Below the pieces are notes generated by a model, which ran no database searches, was not told the origin of the DNA, and worked only from the letters and a program-made list of their open reading frames with translations. Both the position numbers and the translations under genes were made by a program. Below, one piece after another: positions 58,758 to 64,000 of a stretch of 64,000 nt of DNA. Within the stretch, counting starts at the first letter, position 1, and each line of letters starts with the position of its first letter. The DNA comes from Candidatus Levyibacteriota bacterium (GTDB taxonomy: Bacteria > Patescibacteriota > Microgenomatia > Levybacterales > UBA12049), in the NCBI GenBank assembly GCA_038253825.1, contig JBBSGT010000002.1:685-64684 (forward strand), given 5' to 3'.

Positions 58758-59033
58758 ATGGCATACCGACCAAAGGATACACAAGATCGAATTCTTCATC
58801 GCCTCAAAATAGCTCGTGGACATCTGGATAAAGTCATTACAATGCTGGAAGAGGATACATATTGTATTGATGTATTACATCAGCTGAATGCAGTTAAAAG
58901 TGGGCTTGACGAAACAGGAAATGTATTGCTTGAACATCATCTAAAAACTTGCGCCGCTGATGCCATTAGTAGAGGCAAGAAAGACGAAGCGATTGCAGAG
59001 ATCATGCAAGTGTTTAAGAGGAAAACTTCATGA
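58758..59033 (+). CDS. csoR: CsoR/RcnR-family metal-sensing repressor
   Basis: RLKIARGHL, YCIDVLHQL, HHLKTC (Cys-His-Cys ligands); upstream of copA. Confidence 0.88.
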   Translation: MAYRPKDTQDRILHRLKIARGHLDKVITMLEEDTYCIDVLHQLNAVKSGLDETGNVLLEHHLKTCAADAISRGKKDEAIAEIMQVFKRKTS

Positions 59034-59182
59034 TGGGATATGGAAATATGCAACGTATGATGAACGAAGTGAAAGGAGGAATCTAGGGTTTTGGTTTCCT
59101 AGGGCTTATCACCTGGATCCTTATCTTTATTGTTTTGGTGCTTTTGGTTATAGTTCTCTGGAAACAAATTTAAAAAAAATAA
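59030..59182 (+). pseudogene. Small Met/Gly-rich single-TM protein with in-frame stops
   Basis: MMGYGNMQRMMNEVKGGI*GFGFLGLITWILIFIVLVLLVIVLWKQI*KK*; fills the gap between csoR and the cupredoxin gene exactly. Confidence 0.55.
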
Positions 59183-59185
59183 TAT

Positions 59186-59545
59186 ATGTCGATGAATAAA
59201 CTTATAGTTACTCTTCTTGACCTATTCGCAATGGGATTTGTTTACTGGTTTTTTCTTATGAAAAACGAAAATGCAACAGAAGTTGGGGATTCAGTAGATA
59301 TTATTGTAGAAGGTGGCTATTCACCTGCAACGGTTGCTATTCAAAAAGGGAAAACAACTAAAATTAATTTTATTCGTAAAGATCCAAGTAGCTGTTTAGA
59401 AGAGGTTGTTATTGGTGATTTCAAAACGCGCAAATTTTTACCTCTAAATAAAAAAGTAACTGTAGAAGTAAAACCCCAAGAAGCAGGAGAAGTAGACTTT
59501 GCTTGTGGTATGAATATGTATCATGGAAAGATTATAGTCAAATAA
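59186..59545 (+). CDS. CupA-like cupredoxin-domain copper chaperone
   Basis: N-terminal TM, GGYSP, SSCLEEV, FACGMNM. Confidence 0.85.
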   Translation: MSMNKLIVTLLDLFAMGFVYWFFLMKNENATEVGDSVDIIVEGGYSPATVAIQKGKTTKINFIRKDPSSCLEEVVIGDFKTRKFLPLNKKVTVEVKPQEAGEVDFACGMNMYHGKIIVK

Positions 59546-59547
59546 TT

Positions 59548-60084
59548 ATGAAGCATCTGAGAAATTACTTAGCATTTTATATCCCAATCGTAATAATACT
59601 GGTCATTATTATCTTCTTCTTGTGGTATTTATTGACTAGTGCCTCAAATCAAAATATTTCAAATAAATCATTGATGGGACAAGCGGTGAAAGTTTTAAGT
59701 CGCGATCACGTTCCAGACAGAACGAAAATCCAATACAATTCAAATCCACCAGCAGCAGGTGCGCACTATGCACAACCTCAAGATGCTGGAATATATACCG
59801 TCCCACCTGCTGATGGTCATCTTGTTCACAGCTTAGAGCACGGAGCAATTATCCTCTGGTATAACCCAAATGAGCTTTCAAAAGAACAAATTACACAACT
59901 TGAAAATATCTTCAAAAGTATCTCTTTAGATAAGAAAATAATGACACCACTTATAAATTTAGATGTACCTATTGCGCTTACTTCATGGGGAAGGATAATA
60001 AAATTAAAAAGTATTGATGAAAAGCAGATAAAATCATTCTTCGAAACAAATTACGATAGAGGGCCTGAACAAGCACCAATATAG
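59548..60084 (+). CDS. DUF3105-like membrane-anchored protein
   Basis: [34 protein letters not shown]. Confidence 0.75.
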   Translation: MKHLRNYLAFYIPIVIILVIIIFFLWYLLTSASNQNISNKSLMGQAVKVLSRDHVPDRTKIQYNSNPPAAGAHYAQPQDAGIYTVPPADGHLVHSLEHGAIILWYNPNELSKEQITQLENIFKSISLDKKIMTPLINLDVPIALTSWGRIIKLKSIDEKQIKSFFETNYDRGPEQAPI

Positions 60085-60085
60085 T

Positions 60086-62314
60086 ATGGAAGAAATAAAA
60101 AAAACATACCCAGTAAAAGGCATGCATTGTGCCTCTTGTGTACGGGTCATTGAACGAGCAGTTAAAAGAATTGATGGTGTTGTTGCTTGTAATGTCAATC
60201 TTGCTACAGAACAAGCAACAGTTACCTTTGACAAGAGTAAAGTAACCAAGGATCATATCGCATCAGCTGTGAAAAATGTCGGGTATCGAGCTCTTGTTGA
60301 CGAAGAAATATTGTCAGAAGAAGAACAAAAAAAGCAAAAACATAAAGAGCTCAATGAACTGAGAAATAAAGTGATATTTAGCTTATTTTTTGGTGGCTTA
60401 ATCCTTTGGGGAAGTTTCCCAGGTATTATGGAAACTGCACCTCAAATACTCAAAGACCCCCTTTTACAATTTATGTTTGCGACTCCAGTGCAGCTATGGG
60501 CTGGCTGGGAATTTTATCGTGCAGCCTTTGCTTCACTTCGCCATCGAACCGCAAATATGGATACACTCGTTGCTATCGGTACAACTATTGCCTATGGTTA
60601 TTCTGTTATTGTTACCTTCTTTCCACAACTCTTTAAAGAGCTAGGTATTATGCCTATGCCTTTTTTTGATACCTCAACGATCATTATTGGATTGATATTA
60701 CTTGGTCGTTTTTTTGAAGCACGAGCAAAATCTAGTACATCTGACGCTATTAAAAAACTTGCTGGACTCCAAGCAAAAACTGCGAGAGTAGTAAAAGCTG
60801 GGCAAGAGATAGATATTCCAATAGAACAAGTGGAAATTGGCGATATAATTCGTGTCAGACCTGGAGAGAAAGTACCAACTGATGGCGAGATTACTGAGGG
60901 CGATTCTACACTTGATGAGTCTATGATAACCGGTGAAAGTATTCCGGTTGAGAAATCAAAAGGCGACAGCGTTGTTGGGGCAACCTTAAATAAATCAGGA
61001 ACTTTCCTCTACAAAGCGACAAAAGTTGGGAGTGATACCATGCTTTCACAAATTATTAAACTTGTCCAAGAAGCACAAGGATCTAAAGCTCCGATTCAAC
61101 GAATCGCCGATCTTATTTCTTCCTACTTTGTCCCAATTGTCCTGATGCTTGCTCTTTTGACCTTTGTTGTTTGGTATGATTTTGGTACACAACCAGCTTT
61201 ACTCTTTGCGATATTAAATACAGTAGCAGTCCTTATTATTGCCTGTCCTTGTGCAATGGGACTGGCAACCCCGACTGCAATAATGGTAGGAACAGGAAAA
61301 GGAGCTGAGAATGGCATCCTCATCAAAGATGCAGAAAGCCTTGAAACAGCACATAAAATACAAACGATTATCTTTGATAAAACTGGAACTCTCACAAATG
61401 GAAAGCCTGTGGTGACAGATATTATTACTAGTAATCATATAAATGGAGATGAAATTCTCAAACTTGCAGCCTCTTTAGAAAAAGGTTCAGAACATTCACT
61501 CGCTGAGGCAATAGTAAAAGAAGCAGAAAGCAAACATGTTGTTCTTTTACCAGTTGAAAAATTCCACGCAATTCCCGGACATGGAGTGAAAGGTGTCGTT
61601 GATGGGAAATTGATTCATTTTGGTAATAGAAGGTTTATGGAAAGTAAACAAATTGCCCTAACTGATGTTGAAGAACATGTGAGCAAACTTGAGACAGAGG
61701 GAAAAACAGTTATGCTACTAACTGTTGATAACCGGCTATCAGCACTCATTGCTGTTGCTGACACAGTTAAGGAATCTGCAAAAGAAGGTGTTGAAAAACT
61801 ACAAAAAATGGGTATAGAGGTAGTTATGATAACTGGAGATAACAAACGGACAGCTGAAGCAATTGCAAAGCAAGTAGGTATTACCAGAGTGCTTGCCGAA
61901 GTATTGCCAGAAGAAAAAGAAGCAGAACTGAGAAAAATTCAAGCAGAAGGGAAAAAAGTCGCCATGGTTGGAGATGGTATTAATGATGCCCCAGCACTTG
62001 CCGCAGCTGACTTAGGAATCGCAATGGGAACGGGAACGGATGTGGCAATTGAAGCAGCGGATATAACACTTGTGAATAAAAATTTAAGCTCAGTTGCTTC
62101 TGCTATCACTCTTTCAAAAAAGACCATGCGAACAATTAAAATAAATTTATTTTGGGCATTTGGCTACAATATAATTTTAATTCCTGTCGCAGCAGGAGTT
62201 CTCTACCCCTTTTTCCATTTACTCATGCCTCCAGTTCTTGCCTCAGCTGCAATGGCAATGTCTAGTATTTCTGTTGTATCGAATTCTCTACTTTTGAAGA
62301 AAAGTAAAATTTAG
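60086..62314 (+). CDS. copA: Copper-translocating P1B-type ATPase
   Basis: GMHCASC, TGES, CPC, DKTGT, GDGIND, YN and MAMSS. Confidence 0.95.
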   Translation: MEEIKKTYPVKGMHCASCVRVIERAVKRIDGVVACNVNLATEQATVTFDKSKVTKDHIASAVKNVGYRALVDEEILSEEEQKKQKHKELNELRNKVIFSLFFGGLILWGSFPGIMETAPQILKDPLLQFMFATPVQLWAGWEFYRAAFASLRHRTANMDTLVAIGTTIAYGYSVIVTFFPQLFKELGIMPMPFFDTSTIIIGLILLGRFFEARAKSSTSDAIKKLAGLQAKTARVVKAGQEIDIPIEQVEIGDIIRVRPGEKVPTDGEITEGDSTLDESMITGESIPVEKSKGDSVVGATLNKSGTFLYKATKVGSDTMLSQIIKLVQEAQGSKAPIQRIADLISSYFVPIVLMLALLTFVVWYDFGTQPALLFAILNTVAVLIIACPCAMGLATPTAIMVGTGKGAENGILIKDAESLETAHKIQTIIFDKTGTLTNGKPVVTDIITSNHINGDEILKLAASLEKGSEHSLAEAIVKEAESKHVVLLPVEKFHAIPGHGVKGVVDGKLIHFGNRRFMESKQIALTDVEEHVSKLETEGKTVMLLTVDNRLSALIAVADTVKESAKEGVEKLQKMGIEVVMITGDNKRTAEAIAKQVGITRVLAEVLPEEKEAELRKIQAEGKKVAMVGDGINDAPALAAADLGIAMGTGTDVAIEAADITLVNKNLSSVASAITLSKKTMRTIKINLFWAFGYNIILIPVAAGVLYPFFHLLMPPVLASAAMAMSSISVVSNSLLLKKSKI

Positions 62315-62322
62315 CACAGAAT

Positions 62323-62601
62323 ATGACAGAAAGAGTTGAACGAACAGCAACTGTTTATAACGAAATTGCTTCGAAGTATGCTAAAAACAAAGCGGATAAA
62401 TATTCTGATAGAGCAATATGGACATTTACTGATTTACTCTCTCCAGGCTCTCGAATAATAAGTATTGGCTGTGGTCATGGAAGAGATGAAGCGCTCTTTA
62501 AGCAAAGAGGTTTTGCGCCAGTCGGTGTTGATGTTTCCAAATATTTGTTGCAAATAGCAAGTCAGCAAAATCCTGATATACCATTTGTCATATTGTTATA
62601 G
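62323..62601 (+). pseudogene. Truncated class I methyltransferase (N-terminal half)
   Basis: ISIGCGHGRD and GVDVS motifs, then an abrupt end. Confidence 0.7.
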
Positions 62602-62726
62602 AAGATTGTGATCTTGAAGAGAGTATCAAAATAGTAAAGAAAGTAAAAGAGGAACTTAATCAAAGATATCATATTCAACATGCCACAACTGAAACTGAGC
62701 TAATAGAATACCCACAAATTAAATAG
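62586..62726 (+). pseudogene. C-terminal fragment of a CDF (CzcD/ZitB-like) transporter
   Basis: Frame CHIVIEDCDLEESIKIVKKVKEELNQRYHIQHATTETE resembles the CDF tail (H..V...L...IxHxTxQxE). Confidence 0.6.
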
Positions 62727-62764
62727 CGTTGTAGAGAGAATATGTACCTGCTACAATATGTCGT

Positions 62765-63145
62765 ATGAAGACAGCAACACTTGGAGAATTAGAACAGCAA
62801 ATAATGGATATTTTTTGGGAGGCTAACACATCTACTGCTAGAGAGATTCTTACCAAACTTGAAAAGACTCGGAAGATTGCATATACGACTGTAACCACAA
62901 TTCTGCAAAGACTCTGTGAAAAAGAGCTTCTCAAAAGAGTAGAAGGTAAATCAGGGTATATTTACTCTCCCAAAGTATCAAAAGAATCGTATAGTAAAAA
63001 TATTGCTCAAACTTTCCTTAAGAAATTTATCAATTCTTTTGGAGATACAGCTATTGCCTCTTTTGCTGAAAGTATTGATTCGCTACCCGTAAAAAGGAAA
63101 GAATATTTTATCAAATTGCTTGAAGACCATGATAAGAGTAAATAA
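62765..63145 (+). CDS. BlaI/MecI/CopY family repressor
   Basis: LGELEQQIMDIFW, AYTTVTTILQRL. Confidence 0.9.
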   Translation: MKTATLGELEQQIMDIFWEANTSTAREILTKLEKTRKIAYTTVTTILQRLCEKELLKRVEGKSGYIYSPKVSKESYSKNIAQTFLKKFINSFGDTAIASFAESIDSLPVKRKEYFIKLLEDHDKSK

Positions 63146-64000
63146 GAAACTTTGTATTTTTTTAGGTTTATTTATTGTATTAGGAACGTCAACTCTCCTT
63201 GCACTACAACGCCTTCTTCCACTTATAAATCATACTGTCTATTATTGCCAATCTATTATGAATTCACTTTCTCTCCCCTTACCTAACTATTTGGGTCTAA
63301 TTCCATTTTTCATATTTTTTGCATTCATAATGATAGCATTTATAAAACTTATTATTCTTTATACAAAAGTTCAGTTATCAAAAAAACAGCTCCTAAAAAA
63401 TTCTCAGCAAAATACTGAATTACTAACGCTTCTTAAAAAAACGTACTTACAAAATAAAACATTCCTTATTCACTCTGAAAAATATTTTGCCTTTTGTTTG
63501 GGGTTTAGAAATCCAAAGATTTATATATCAACTTCATTAGTCAATAGCCTATCGCATAAAGAAATAGAAGCAGTCTTGTATCATGAGCGATATCATCTAA
63601 AAAATAAAGACACGGTAACAATGCTTATTGCCTCTGTAGGTGAATCACTTCTTCCATTTTTTCCACTGTTTTCGGATTTCCTGCGAAACTTCCGTATTGA
63701 AAAAGAGATCAATGCCGATAATGAAGCAATCAAAGAACTTGGTAGTCCAGAGCCGCTTATTTCAGCTCTAAGAAAGTTCCTCTCAATACCTTCAGTTACA
63801 ATAGCTACTGCATCAGCTATTGCAGATTATGATACTCTCGAACCACGAATCAATTCTTTACTTGAAAAAAAAGAAACAATCAAAATATATAAATTGAGAC
63901 ATATTCTTATAAGTATCTTTTCACTTCTCGCTATGAGTATTATCACAATTACTCCGGTTCAAGCTATGGAATTTCATAATAAAGGCGAAGATGCTATGAT
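63129..64000 (+). CDS. BlaR1-like M56 metallopeptidase (runs off window)
   Basis: Open frame from ATG 63129 with TMs, AFCLGFRNPKIYIS, HERYH (HExxH), EINAD; overlaps the blaI-like gene. Confidence 0.85.
   Translation, partial: MIRVNKKLCIFLGLFIVLGTSTLLALQRLLPLINHTVYYCQSIMNSLSLPLPNYLGLIPFFIFFAFIMIAFIKLIILYTKVQLSKKQLLKNSQQNTELLTLLKKTYLQNKTFLIHSEKYFAFCLGFRNPKIYISTSLVNSLSHKEIEAVLYHERYHLKNKDTVTMLIASVGESLLPFFPLFSDFLRNFRIEKEINADNEAIKELGSPEPLISALRKFLSIPSVTIATASAIADYDTLEPRINSLLEKKETIKIYKLRHILISIFSLLAMSIITITPVQAMEFHNKGEDAM

Overview
AT-rich bacterial DNA read with the standard genetic code. The gene set and style suggest a Patescibacteria/CPR genome, probably Microgenomates (inference): weak or absent Shine-Dalgarno sites, many apparently leaderless genes and lineage-type secreted proteins. 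The window opens with housekeeping genes (typA, nth, dsbA/dsbB, a SerB-SerA-derived fusion). It is then dominated by a cell-surface/extracellular-matrix region. This region holds three paralogous secreted Asn/Thr/Gly-rich proteins built from ~90-aa repeats, one of them membrane-anchored, plus a sortase beside a LASTG-tailed substrate. It also holds three related glycan modules (14.3-18.1 kb, 18.6-29.8 kb, 43.4-54.2 kb) with three processive GT2 synthases, five GT-C-fold transferases, three paralogous GH-A-like proteins, a pyruvyltransferase, a deacetylase and an acetyltransferase. The repeat-protein genes have long leaders with tandem terminator-like hairpins, one directly behind a DUF2292-like small gene. 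Four tRNAs are present (Pro-TGG, Leu-TAA, Gly-TCC, Arg-TCT). tRNA-Pro and tRNA-Arg look like integration hotspots with decayed recombinase-like tails. The first is flanked by a cassette-like accessory stretch (NUDIX, kinase pseudogene, uridine kinase, GNAT pseudogene, Fic) and the second by a copper/metal island (csoR, cupredoxin, copA, blaI/blaR1-like). No CRISPR array, rRNA or intact transposase/integrase was seen. All family assignments come from motif recognition by eye; no searches were run.
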